Below, one piece after another: positions 51,585-60,597 of a DNA stretch of 64,000 nucleotides (position 1 is its first letter; every line of letters begins with the position of its first letter). The notes beneath the pieces are model-generated. The model had not been told where the DNA came from, made no database searches, and saw only the letters and a program-made list of their open reading frames with translations. Where the stretch lies: assembly GCA_965225945.1 (NCBI GenBank), contig CBDDBZ010000032.1:192001-256000 (forward strand). The letters are read 5' to 3'. Source of the stretch: Alphaproteobacteria bacterium (GTDB taxonomy: Bacteria > Pseudomonadota > Alphaproteobacteria > GCA-2731375). Position numbers and translations under genes: made by a program.

Positions 51585-52807
51585 CACAGTACACGACTCG
51601 TTCATGCTGGCTTTGGCCTGGGCACCTGGACTGGTGGTTTTCCGGGGACGAGGAAACGAATCAGCTCAATGGCTTGACGCCTGTCGATAGGATTGACGAG
51701 CTGTCGCCTTATCCACTCGAAACCGTATCGGAAGATGGATTTTGCCATCCTTTTGTGGGTTTTGAGGCGGATCGGCTCGGCCTCGTGGAGCCAATCGCCG
51801 ACTTTGTGCGCCCAGCAGAAGGTGATGGAAAGGACGGCGGTGAGCTTGGAGATGCGCTCCGGGTCGGTCATGTGGGTGTCTTCGAGGTTGAAGCCACGGG
51901 TTTTCAAGGCGGCGAAGAGGGTCTCGATTTGCCAGCGCTGGGCGTAGATGGCCAAGGCCTCCTCGGGCGCGTCGTTGGTCACGACGATCAACAGTTCGCC
52001 GGTCTTGAGATGGAGCGCGGCGACGAAGACGGGCCTGGCCTTGGGTTTTCTGGCCTCCGAGAGGCGCCTGGCGTTGGAGAGGATGCGGCTTTCCCCGGGT
52101 TTGAGGTCGCGAAACAGCTCCCTCGCCTTGACCATGCGACCACGCGTGTTGGCGATCTTGATGTTGGATCGGATGCGGATGTGAAAGGGGATGGCCTTTT
52201 CCTGCAACCATGCCAGCCAGGCGTCGCCGATGAATTCCCGGTCGGCCAGGAGGCTGGCGATCTTGTCGACCCCGAAGAGCCGGAGGACGTGTTCGAGGAT
52301 CGCGATCCGCTCCTTGGTATTGGAATTGCCCGCCTTGTCGAGCACCCGCCAGCACACGGGAATGGCGATGGCGCGGTTGACGATGCCGATCATCAAGATG
52401 TTGACGTCGCGGCGACCCAGCCGCCAGTTGGTCCGGTCCATGGTCAGCCGCCACGGCCCCGCCTGGAGCCCCATCATCGCGACCAGGAACTCGGCGAGGC
52501 GATCGTAATCGAAATCGACTTGCTCGAAAAACCGTTGCAGGCGCCGATAGTTGGAGCTGGATCGCGCGCGCCCCGGAAAGTGGCAGGCCAAGTGAGAGAG
52601 GTTCACCGTCCGGGCGACGAACACGCCGAAGACCAAGACGCAAAGGCTCTCCAGACGGCTCTTGCGAAAGGCGAAGCCGCATCGTAGCGTCTCACGCAGG
52701 GCGTTGATCGGGTTGTCTCGCATGATTTCCCTCTTGACTCGTCGTGGAGTGAATCGGGAATCCTACAACCTTTTCAACGTCCTACGTAAATGCCGTCGTG
52801 TACCATG
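51585..52807 (-). mobile_element. IS4-family element copy 2 (1223 bp)
   Basis: Same ends as copy 1; 9-bp duplication GGCGCGTGG (51576-84, 52808-16). Confidence 0.93.
51602..52723 (-). CDS. IS4 family DDE transposase
   Basis: Protein identical to 7608-8729. Confidence 0.95.
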   Translation of the reverse strand: MRDNPINALRETLRCGFAFRKSRLESLCVLVFGVFVARTVNLSHLACHFPGRARSSSNYRRLQRFFEQVDFDYDRLAEFLVAMMGLQAGPWRLTMDRTNWRLGRRDVNILMIGIVNRAIAIPVCWRVLDKAGNSNTKERIAILEHVLRLFGVDKIASLLADREFIGDAWLAWLQEKAIPFHIRIRSNIKIANTRGRMVKARELFRDLKPGESRILSNARRLSEARKPKARPVFVAALHLKTGELLIVVTNDAPEEALAIYAQRWQIETLFAALKTRGFNLEDTHMTDPERISKLTAVLSITFCWAHKVGDWLHEAEPIRLKTHKRMAKSIFRYGFEWIRRQLVNPIDRRQAIELIRFLVPGKPPVQVPRPKPA

Positions 52808-52965
52808 GGCGCGTGGATAAAGCGCTCTGGCGACCTGCCAAGGCTCGCCGACCGCTCGGGTGGTTGGGCGGGGGAGCGGGCTGGCCGGGCCAGGCCACGC
52901 CGAAGGCGTGGCGACAAAGACTCACGGGAGAGCGGGCCGGCCTGGGCGACTTTCGGGTCAGACCC

Positions 52966-55245
52966 TCAGAGCGCGATGCCTTCCTCGCGGGCGAAGGCCT
53001 CCAGCCGCTCGCGGCAGCTCGGGTCGGGCAGCTCGATCAGCGCCTCGACGAAGGGGCCGAGGCGGGCGAGGTCGACGCCGCGCACCATCCGTTTCACCGG
53101 TCCGATCGAGGCGGCGGCCATGGAAATGGCGCGAAAGCCGAGGCCGATCAGGGCCAGGGCCTCGATCGGCCGGCCGGCCGCGTCGCCACAGACGCTCAGC
53201 GGAATATCCGCCGCCTCGCAGCGCACGACGACGTCGCGCAACAGGCCGAGGGCGGCCGGACTCAGCACGCCGTAACGTCCCGCGAGCCGGGGATTGCCGC
53301 GGTCGCTGGCGAACAGGAACTGCATCAAATCGTTGCTGCCGATGGAGATGAAATCGACCTCCCCCAACAGCGTCGGCAATTGCCAGACCAGGGCCGGCAC
53401 CTCGAGCATGGTGCCCACCCGGATCCGGACCGGCAACGCCTCGTCCAGCTTGCGCTGGCGCCGCACCTCGCGGTCGAGCAGCGCGCGGGCTTGGCGAAAC
53501 TCGGCGACGTCGGCGATCATCGGGAACATGACGTTGAGCCGGCGCCCCGCCGCCGCGCGAAGCAGCGCGCGAAGCTGCATCCTGAGCAGGACCGGCCGGT
53601 CGAGCGAGAGGCGAATCGCCCGCCACCCCATCGCCGGGTTGGGCTCGTCGTGGCGGGCGAGGTAGGGCAGCACCTTGTCGCCGCCGACGTCGAGGGTGCG
53701 GAACAGCACCGGCCGTTCGCCGGCGGCATCGAGGACCTGGCCATAGAGGCTCGCCTGCGCGGCGACGTTGGGCATGGTCGCGCGAACCATGAAGTGCAGC
53801 TCGGTCCGATAGAGCCCGATGCCGTCGGCGCCGGTCTCCGCGAAGTGCGTTAGATCCACCAGCAGACCCGCGTTCATGGCGAGCTCGATGCGGACGCCGT
53901 CCTTGGTCTCGCCGGGCAGGTCGCGGAGCACGTCATATTGCGCGACCTCCGCCTCCCGGTTCGCCAGGCTTTGCGCGAAGGCGGCCTCGACGTCGGCGGC
54001 GGGGCGGAGGAAGACTTGGCTATGATCGCCGTCGACCAGGATGGTGTCGCCCGGATCGACGTGTTCGAGCAGGCGATCGATCCGCCCGATCACCGGAATT
54101 TGCAAGGCCCGGGCGACGATGGCGACATGGGCGATGGGCGAGCCCTCCTCCAGCACCAGGGCGCGCAGACGCGACTCGCCATAATCCAGCAGCTCCGCCG
54201 GCCCGAGGTTGTGGGCGACCAGGACGGCGTCGTCGGGAAGCGCGTCGGCGGCGGCGGAATCGGCGTGGCCGGTGAGCGTCCGCAGCAGCCGGTTGGAGAG
54301 GTCGTCGAGATCGTGCAGGCGTTCGCGCAGATAGGGATCGGCGATCTCGGCCATCCGGTTCCGATTCTCGACCTGGACCCGCTCGACCGCCGCCTCGGCG
54401 GTGAACCCGCCCACGATCGCGCTCTCCATGCGCGCGACCCAGCCGCGGTCGTGGGCGAACATGCGATAGGTCTCGAGAATCTCTCGGCTTTCGCCCCCGG
54501 GCTCGGCGATCGCCATCCTCAACATGGTCTCGATCTGCGCCCGCAGGGCCTCGATCCCGACGCGAAGCCGTTCGGACTCCTGCGCCGGATCGTCGGCGAC
54601 GTGGCGTTCGACGACGATGCGCGGTTGGTGTAGCACCGCCGTGCCGCGGGCCAGCCCCTCGTTGAAGACAGTACCGGCGAGCCGCGCCGGCAGGCCGGTC
54701 ATGCCCTCCCTCGCCGTCGCCTCGCCGCCGGCGCGGAGCAGGCTCGCGACCATCTCGGCCAGCACCATGGCGATGGTCAGCATCGCCTCGATCTCGTCGT
54801 CGTTGTAGTCCCGAAGCGTGCGGTTCTGCACTACCAGCACGCCCACCTCGCGACCGCCGCGCAGGATCGGCACGCCCATCAGCGAGTGATAGATCTCCTC
54901 CCCGGTTTCCGGGCGATAGGCGAAGTTGGGGTGGGATTGGGCGTCGGAAAGCGCCAGCGGGCGGCCGCGCGCGGCGATCAGTCCGACCAGCCCCTCGCCC
55001 GGCGCGAGGCGGGTGCGGTGCACGGCCTCGGGGTTCAGGCCCTCGGTGGCGAACAGCTCCAACATGCCGTCGCGGATCAGATAGACCGAGCAGACCTCGG
55101 CGATCATGTTGGCGGCGATCACGCGGACGACCTGGTCCAGGCGCTCCTGCGCGCTGCCGGAACCGGCCATCACCTCGCGCAGGCGGCGCAGCAACACCCG
55201 GGGACCGGTGGCGCTGGGGGCGTCGGCCGTGTTGCTCCAGTACAT
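52966..55245 (-). CDS. ptsP: PTS(Ntr) enzyme I
   Basis: N-terminal GAF (AEVCSVYL, ATEGLN), AHVAIVARA, GLYRTE, EPNPAMGWRAIR, SIGSNDL; downstream of lysC. Confidence 0.96.
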   Translation of the reverse strand: MYWSNTADAPSATGPRVLLRRLREVMAGSGSAQERLDQVVRVIAANMIAEVCSVYLIRDGMLELFATEGLNPEAVHRTRLAPGEGLVGLIAARGRPLALSDAQSHPNFAYRPETGEEIYHSLMGVPILRGGREVGVLVVQNRTLRDYNDDEIEAMLTIAMVLAEMVASLLRAGGEATAREGMTGLPARLAGTVFNEGLARGTAVLHQPRIVVERHVADDPAQESERLRVGIEALRAQIETMLRMAIAEPGGESREILETYRMFAHDRGWVARMESAIVGGFTAEAAVERVQVENRNRMAEIADPYLRERLHDLDDLSNRLLRTLTGHADSAAADALPDDAVLVAHNLGPAELLDYGESRLRALVLEEGSPIAHVAIVARALQIPVIGRIDRLLEHVDPGDTILVDGDHSQVFLRPAADVEAAFAQSLANREAEVAQYDVLRDLPGETKDGVRIELAMNAGLLVDLTHFAETGADGIGLYRTELHFMVRATMPNVAAQASLYGQVLDAAGERPVLFRTLDVGGDKVLPYLARHDEPNPAMGWRAIRLSLDRPVLLRMQLRALLRAAAGRRLNVMFPMIADVAEFRQARALLDREVRRQRKLDEALPVRIRVGTMLEVPALVWQLPTLLGEVDFISIGSNDLMQFLFASDRGNPRLAGRYGVLSPAALGLLRDVVVRCEAADIPLSVCGDAAGRPIEALALIGLGFRAISMAAASIGPVKRMVRGVDLARLGPFVEALIELPDPSCRERLEAFAREEGIAL

Positions 55246-55296
55246 TCCCCGTCCCCGTGTTCGGGTTCGCGCCGTCTCGAAGCCGCGAGGCGGGCT

Positions 55297-56517
55297 TCAG
55301 GCGGCGTCGAGACCATAGGCGCTGTGCAGCGCGCGGACCGCGAGTTCGGTGTATTCCGCGGCGACCAGCACGCTGATCTTTATCTCCGAGGTCGAAATCG
55401 CCTGGATGTTGATGCCGCGTTCGGCCAAGGTCTGAAACATCCGCTTGGCGACGCCGGCGTGGCTGCGCATGCCGACACCGATGACCGAGATCTTGACCAC
55501 TTCGGCGTCGGCGATGACGGAGTGGTGGCCCAGCTCTTCCCGCGCCGCCTCCAGGCAGGCGAGCGCCTGCTCGACGTCGCCGCGCTCGACCGTGAAGGTG
55601 ATGTCGGCGCTTTGGCCGTCGGGCGAGGCGCTCTGCACGATCATGTCGACGTTGATGTTGGCATCGGCCAGCGGGCCGAAGATCGCCGCCGCCACGCCCG
55701 GCCGGTCGGCGACGGCGAGGATGGTGACCTTCGCCTCGGCGCTGGAGTAGGTGATGGCGCTCACGACTTCGAATTCCACGATCTCGTCCTCGTCGACGAC
55801 CAATGTCCCCGGGGCGTCGGAAAAGCTGGAGCGCACCTGCACCCGAACCCGATGGTTCATGGCGATCTCGACCGATCGCGTCTGCAGGACCCTGGCCCCT
55901 TGCGAGGTCAGCTCCAGCATCTCCTCGTAAGTAATCCTATCAATCTTGCGGGCCCGGGTCACGATGCGCGGATCGGCCGTATAGACGCCATCGACATCGG
56001 TGTAGATGTCGCACCGCTCGGCCCCAATCGCGGCGGCCAGCGCCACCGCCGAGGTGTCCGAGCCGCCCCGGCCGAGGGTGGTGATCCGGCCGTCGGGGCC
56101 TAGGCCCTGGAAACCGGCGATCACCGCGACTTGGCCCTCGTCGAGGCAGCGGGTGATCTCGCCGGCGTCGATCTCGGCGATGCGGGCGCTGCCGTGGATG
56201 CCATCGGTGCGCACCGGCACCTGCCAGCCGAGCCAGGATCGGGCCTGGACGCCCTGGTCCTGCAGCATCATCGCCAACAGCCCGACCGTCATCTGCTCGC
56301 CGGCGGAGACGACGACGTCGTATTCCCGGGCATCGTGGAGGCGCGAGGCCTCGCGGGTCCACTCGATCAGCTGGTTGGTGGTCCCGGCCATGGCGGAGAC
56401 CACGACGGCGACCCGGTCGCCATCCTCGACGGCCACCTTGACGCGCGTTGCGACATTGCGAATGTGGCTGATATCGGCCACCGAGCTGCCGCCGAATTTC
56501 TGCACCATCCGCGCCAT
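55297..56517 (-). CDS. lysC: aspartate kinase
   Basis: VQKFGGSS, VVVSAM, TTLGRGGSDTSA, YTDVDGVY, two ACT domains. Confidence 0.97.
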   Translation of the reverse strand: MARMVQKFGGSSVADISHIRNVATRVKVAVEDGDRVAVVVSAMAGTTNQLIEWTREASRLHDAREYDVVVSAGEQMTVGLLAMMLQDQGVQARSWLGWQVPVRTDGIHGSARIAEIDAGEITRCLDEGQVAVIAGFQGLGPDGRITTLGRGGSDTSAVALAAAIGAERCDIYTDVDGVYTADPRIVTRARKIDRITYEEMLELTSQGARVLQTRSVEIAMNHRVRVQVRSSFSDAPGTLVVDEDEIVEFEVVSAITYSSAEAKVTILAVADRPGVAAAIFGPLADANINVDMIVQSASPDGQSADITFTVERGDVEQALACLEAAREELGHHSVIADAEVVKISVIGVGMRSHAGVAKRMFQTLAERGINIQAISTSEIKISVLVAAEYTELAVRALHSAYGLDAA

Positions 56518-56648
56518 GTTCCGTCTCGATCTGGGCCGCCGACGCGGCCTCGAAAGATGCACCCGATCGGGGACGGCGACCTTGTCCGGTCGAGGTGGCG
56601 TATACATACTCATCCGCCTTCGGGGTGACAAGCCGAGAGCCCCGGAGG

Positions 56649-56693
56649 AGAGCCGGGGGGAGAGCCGGGGGAAGAGCCGGGGGAAGAGCCGGG
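56649..56693. repeat. 12-bp VNTR (AGAGCCGGGGGR x3.75)
   Basis: Directly abuts the ubiG ATG in the lysC/ubiG divergent region. Confidence 0.9.
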
Positions 56694-57446
56694 ATGGTCC
56701 GCGCCGAGAGCCGAGCGGAGGTGGCAAGCGTCGACCGCGACGAGGTCGCGCGCTTCGAGCGAATCGCGGACGCGTGGTGGGACGAGGACGGCCCGCAACG
56801 TCCGCTGCATCGCCTCAACCCCACGCGACTCGCCTTCCTGAGAGCCCGCCTGGTCGCGCATTTCGACCGCGATCCCGCGAGCCCGCGGCCGCTCGAGGGG
56901 TTGGACATCGTCGATGTCGGCTGTGGCGGCGGCCTGGCGACGGAGCCCCTGGCGCGTCTCGGCGCGGCGATGGTCGGGATCGACCCCGGGCCCGAGATTA
57001 TCCGGGTGGCGCGGGCGCACGGGTCCGCGATGGGGCTCGAGATCGACTACCGGGTGGCGACCGCCGAAGCACTATTGGCGGCCGGCGCGCGCTACGACGT
57101 CGTCGTCTCGTTGGAAGTGGTGGAGCACGTCGGCGACCTCGCCGGCTTTCTCGATGCCTGCGCCGGCCTGGTTCGCCCCGGAGGCGCCGCCGCCTTCGCC
57201 ACGCTCAACCGGACCGCGAAGTCCCTGGCCCTGGCCATCGTCGGGGCCGAGTACCTCTTGCGTTGGGTGCCGCGGGGAACGCACGACTGGCGCCGCTTCG
57301 TCCGCCCGGCGGAACTCCGCCGCCACCTGGCGCGGGGTGGCCTGCGCCTGCACTCGGTCGCCGGGATCGGCTTCGACCCGCTCGCCGGCGAATGGCGGGA
57401 GACGAGGGATACCGCCGTCAACTACATGGCCTTCGCGGTGAAGTGA
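56694..57446 (+). CDS. ubiG: ubiquinone biosynthesis O-methyltransferase
   Basis: WWDEDG..RPLHRLNP, DVGCGGG, LEVVEHV, GAEYLLRWVPRGTHDW. Confidence 0.95.
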   Translation: MVRAESRAEVASVDRDEVARFERIADAWWDEDGPQRPLHRLNPTRLAFLRARLVAHFDRDPASPRPLEGLDIVDVGCGGGLATEPLARLGAAMVGIDPGPEIIRVARAHGSAMGLEIDYRVATAEALLAAGARYDVVVSLEVVEHVGDLAGFLDACAGLVRPGGAAAFATLNRTAKSLALAIVGAEYLLRWVPRGTHDWRRFVRPAELRRHLARGGLRLHSVAGIGFDPLAGEWRETRDTAVNYMAFAVK

Positions 57447-57485
57447 TCGCGGGTGGCGGGCGGTTCCGTCGGATCGTGGACGCCT

Positions 57486-57905
57486 CTAGTGCTCGGCGCG
57501 GGGCAGCCAGGGGATGCGACCGAACTCGATCCCCTCCTCTTCCAGCTCCTTGGCGTCGCCGTCCGTGGCCTCGCCGTAGATGTCGCGCTTCTCGGTCTCG
57601 CCGTAGTGGATCTTGCGGGCCTCCTCGGCGAACTCCGGGCCGACGTAGTCACAGTTGCTCTCGACGTGCTCGCGCATCTTCGAGAGCATCGCCATGGCGG
57701 CCGCCGCCTTTTGCTCTTCGCGCCCGGCTTCCTTGCGCTTGGAGGTGGCGACGTTCGGCGCCATCAACGCCTTCTCGACATCGCTCGCGCCACAGACCGG
57801 GCAACGGATTTCATCCCCGCGGCGCTGCCGCTCGAAGGCCTTGCTGTCCGGAAACCACCCCTCGAAGGGGTGGTCATGCGCGCACTTGAGATCGAACAGG
57901 ATCAT
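57486..57905 (-). CDS. DUF1178 family protein
   Basis: LKCAHDHPFEGWF, CPVCG, KALMAP, FAEEARKIHYGE. Confidence 0.93.
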   Translation of the reverse strand: MILFDLKCAHDHPFEGWFPDSKAFERQRRGDEIRCPVCGASDVEKALMAPNVATSKRKEAGREEQKAAAAMAMLSKMREHVESNCDYVGPEFAEEARKIHYGETEKRDIYGEATDGDAKELEEEGIEFGRIPWLPRAEH

Positions 57906-58016
57906 CGCCGCAATCCACTTCACTGGTCCGCACGCCCGAGGCGACGCGCTCGCAAGCTCTATGTAATATCTTTTAACAGTAAATTGAACAAACGATTAAG
58001 GCCAACGAGCGAGACC

Positions 58017-58589
58017 ATGGCGCCTCGTCACCACGATGGCGGGCCGGACGGGCCGAGCCCCTGGATACGACGGTTCGCGCCGCTCGCCATGCCGGGCGGT
58101 ACGGTGTTGGACCTGGCCTCGGGGCGTGGCCGCCATGGGCGATATTTCCGCGCGCGCGGCCATCCGATCACCTTCGCCGACATCGACGTCTCCGGCCTCG
58201 CCGACCTGGCGGCGGCGAGCGGCGTCGAAATCGTGGCTGGCGACCTCGAGGGCGCGGCGCCCTGGCCGTTCGCGGGACGTCAATTCGACGTCATCGTGGT
58301 CGTAAACTACCTTTTTCGGCCGCATTTTCCGCTCTATGTGCAGGCCTTGGCGCCGGGCGGGCTGCTGCTGCACGAGACCTTCGCCCACGGCAACGAGCGG
58401 CATGGCCGGCCGCGCAAGCCGGATTTCCTGCTCCGGCCGGGCGAGTTGGCGGCGGAATACGGTGAGCGGCTCCACGTCGTCGCCTACGAACACGGGCTGG
58501 AGACGGCGCCGAGGCCCGCCGTCCGCCAGCGGATCGCCTGCGTCGACCGGGCGCCGCCCGTGGCTATTCCGCCGCCTGACGCCCCGTGA
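58017..58589 (+). CDS. class I SAM-dependent methyltransferase
   Basis: PSPWIRRF, VLDLASGRGRH, VVNYLFRP, PDFLLRPGEL. Confidence 0.88.
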   Translation: MAPRHHDGGPDGPSPWIRRFAPLAMPGGTVLDLASGRGRHGRYFRARGHPITFADIDVSGLADLAAASGVEIVAGDLEGAAPWPFAGRQFDVIVVVNYLFRPHFPLYVQALAPGGLLLHETFAHGNERHGRPRKPDFLLRPGELAAEYGERLHVVAYEHGLETAPRPAVRQRIACVDRAPPVAIPPPDAP

Positions 58590-59412
58590 GCGGCGGGGGC
58601 ACGGCGATGGGCCGATCGTGCTCCAGCGAGGGCACCCGGCCGCGCGCCTCGGCGATCCGGTCGGTGTCGATTTCGGCGCTGAAGATGCCGACCTCCTCGC
58701 CGGCGTCGAGCAACACTTCGCCCCAAGGCGCGACGACGAGCGAATGGCCATGGGTCTTGCGGTTCCCGACGTGCACCCCGGTCTGTGCCGGGGCGATCAC
58801 GAAGCAACCGGTCTCGATCGCCCGCGCCCGGAGCAGGATTTCCCAGTGGGCCCGCCCGGTGACGCGGGTGAAGGCCGACGGCACGGTGAGGAAATCGGCG
58901 TTCGCTTGGGCCAGCGCGCGATAGAGCGCGGGAAAGCGCATGTCGTAACAAACCGTCATCCCCAGGACGCCCCACGGGAGCCGGGCCAAGGCGGTCTCGC
59001 CGCCCGGCCGGTAGCTGCGGCTTTCCAGGTAACTTTCGCCGTCCGGCAGGCTGACGTCGAACATGTGCATCTTATCGTAGCGTTGCACCAAGGCGCCCGA
59101 GGGATCGAACAGGAGGGAGCGGTTGGCCATCCGCCCGTCCTCGGCGGCGACGGCGATGGAGCCGGCGAGGAACCAGGCCCCGGTCTCGGCCGCGAGCTCG
59201 GCGAAGGCGAGCCGGGCCGGGTGTTCGTCCTCGGCCACCGCGTGAGCCCTGACGGCGGCGCCCCGATCCATCAGCGAGACGTTTTCCGGCGTGGTGATGA
59301 ATTCCGCGCCTCCGTCGCGCGCCCGGCGGGTCATCGCGGCCACCATCTCGATGTTGGCGGCCATGTCGTCGCCGGTGGTGATCTGCAGGCAGGCGAGTTT
59401 GAAGCGGCTCAT
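58564..59412 (-). CDS. carbon-nitrogen hydrolase (Nit1/deaminated glutathione amidase-like)
   Basis: TPE, YDKMHMFDV, VCYDMRFP, HWEILLRARAIE. Confidence 0.93.
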   Translation of the reverse strand: MSRFKLACLQITTGDDMAANIEMVAAMTRRARDGGAEFITTPENVSLMDRGAAVRAHAVAEDEHPARLAFAELAAETGAWFLAGSIAVAAEDGRMANRSLLFDPSGALVQRYDKMHMFDVSLPDGESYLESRSYRPGGETALARLPWGVLGMTVCYDMRFPALYRALAQANADFLTVPSAFTRVTGRAHWEILLRARAIETGCFVIAPAQTGVHVGNRKTHGHSLVVAPWGEVLLDAGEEVGIFSAEIDTDRIAEARGRVPSLEHDRPIAVPPPLTGRQAAE

Positions 59413-59687
59413 CGCGCGGCCTCCCCGCCCTTGCCGGCGAGCAGGGCATCGAGCTCGCCGGCGCGATCCAGCGCCGCCAGATTGTCCCAGCCGCCGACGT
59501 GACGCGCGCCGATGAAGATCTGCGGCACCGTGTGGTGTCCCTCGGCCCGGCGCATCATCTCAGTCCGGGCACCGGCGGTGAAGCCGATGTCGATTTCCTC
59601 GAACTCGGCACCCTTGGCCCCCAGCAACCGCTTCGCGCGCCAACAGAAGCCGCAGAACATCGAAGTGTAAATAGTGATTTCCGGCAA
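59409..59687 (-). CDS. grxC: glutaredoxin 3
   Basis: CGFC, TVPQIFI, GGWD; TTG start with AGAGGA RBS; comF-grxC-nit order. Confidence 0.9.
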   Translation of the reverse strand: MPEITIYTSMFCGFCWRAKRLLGAKGAEFEEIDIGFTAGARTEMMRRAEGHHTVPQIFIGARHVGGWDNLAALDRAGELDALLAGKGGEAAR

Positions 59688-59755
59688 TTGACGTCCTCTT
59701 TGCCCAAGCTTGCGTTGCGAAGGTCGAGATCGATCCCCTTCGCGCCTAATGTAGA

Positions 59756-60529
59756 TCAACCACCGGGCCGCACAACCCGGGCCAGGGTCAGCACCTCGAT
59801 CCGCGCCGCGCCCGCACGCCTGAGCGCCCGGGCGCAGGCATTCACCGTGGCGCCGGTCGTCAACACGTCGTCTATCAGCACGACCGACCTGCCGCGCACC
59901 CTATCGCCGTGGCGGGAGGGGACGGCGAAGGCACCGCGGACGTTCAGCCGCCGCTCGCGCGGGTTCAGGCCTTGCTGCACGCGGGTGGCCTTGCGGCGGC
60001 GCAGCAGGTCCGGCGCTACCTCGACCCCCGACCGGCGGCCCAGCGCCAGCGCGAGCAGTGCCGACTGGTTGTAGCGCCGCAGCCAAAGTCGTCGCCGGTG
60101 GAGCGGCACCGGCGCGATCAGATCCGCCGCCGACAGCACTTCGCCGCCCACCCGCGCCAGCCAGTCGCCGTAGGTCCGCGCCGCGTCCGTCCGGTCGCCG
60201 TGCTTGAAGCCCAGCAGCAGCGGCCGGGAGGCGTCGTCGTAGACCACCACGGCCCGCGCCCGGTCGAAGCGCGGCGCCTCGCGTGCGCAGGCACCACAGA
60301 CCGCGCCCTCGCCCACCTCGTGGGGAAAGGGATAGCCGCAAATGCGGCAACATGGCTCGGCGATGAAACGAATCGCGCGCCAGCAGGCGACGCAAAGCCC
60401 GCCCTGTTCCGCCACCGGCGCCTGGCAGCCGAGGCAGCAGGGCGGTAGCACGACGTCGAGCAGGCGAGTCGCGACGGCCGTGAAGCGTGCGCGAAGCGGC
60501 GGGGAACCCGTTTTCCCGTGGAGCGCCAT
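59756..60529 (-). CDS. comF: ComF family protein (Zn fingers plus PRTase)
   Basis: CxxC pairs, PVPLH, RRYNQS, LIDDVLTTGAT. Confidence 0.92.
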   Translation of the reverse strand: MALHGKTGSPPLRARFTAVATRLLDVVLPPCCLGCQAPVAEQGGLCVACWRAIRFIAEPCCRICGYPFPHEVGEGAVCGACAREAPRFDRARAVVVYDDASRPLLLGFKHGDRTDAARTYGDWLARVGGEVLSAADLIAPVPLHRRRLWLRRYNQSALLALALGRRSGVEVAPDLLRRRKATRVQQGLNPRERRLNVRGAFAVPSRHGDRVRGRSVVLIDDVLTTGATVNACARALRRAGAARIEVLTLARVVRPGG

Positions 60530-60597
60530 CGGCCGTTTATGACTCGGGCCCGCGAGCCTGTCAAAATGGGTCCCCGTCCGTCCGCCCGGAACCCGCC

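Noticed and set aside
51498-51605. Extended start of the SBP ORF at 51605
   Set aside because: Start codon lies inside the IS4 end; the signal peptide begins at ATG 51497.
7591-52807. 44-kb IS4 composite transposon
   Set aside because: Each copy has its own distinct 9-bp target duplication, and the interval holds core genes.
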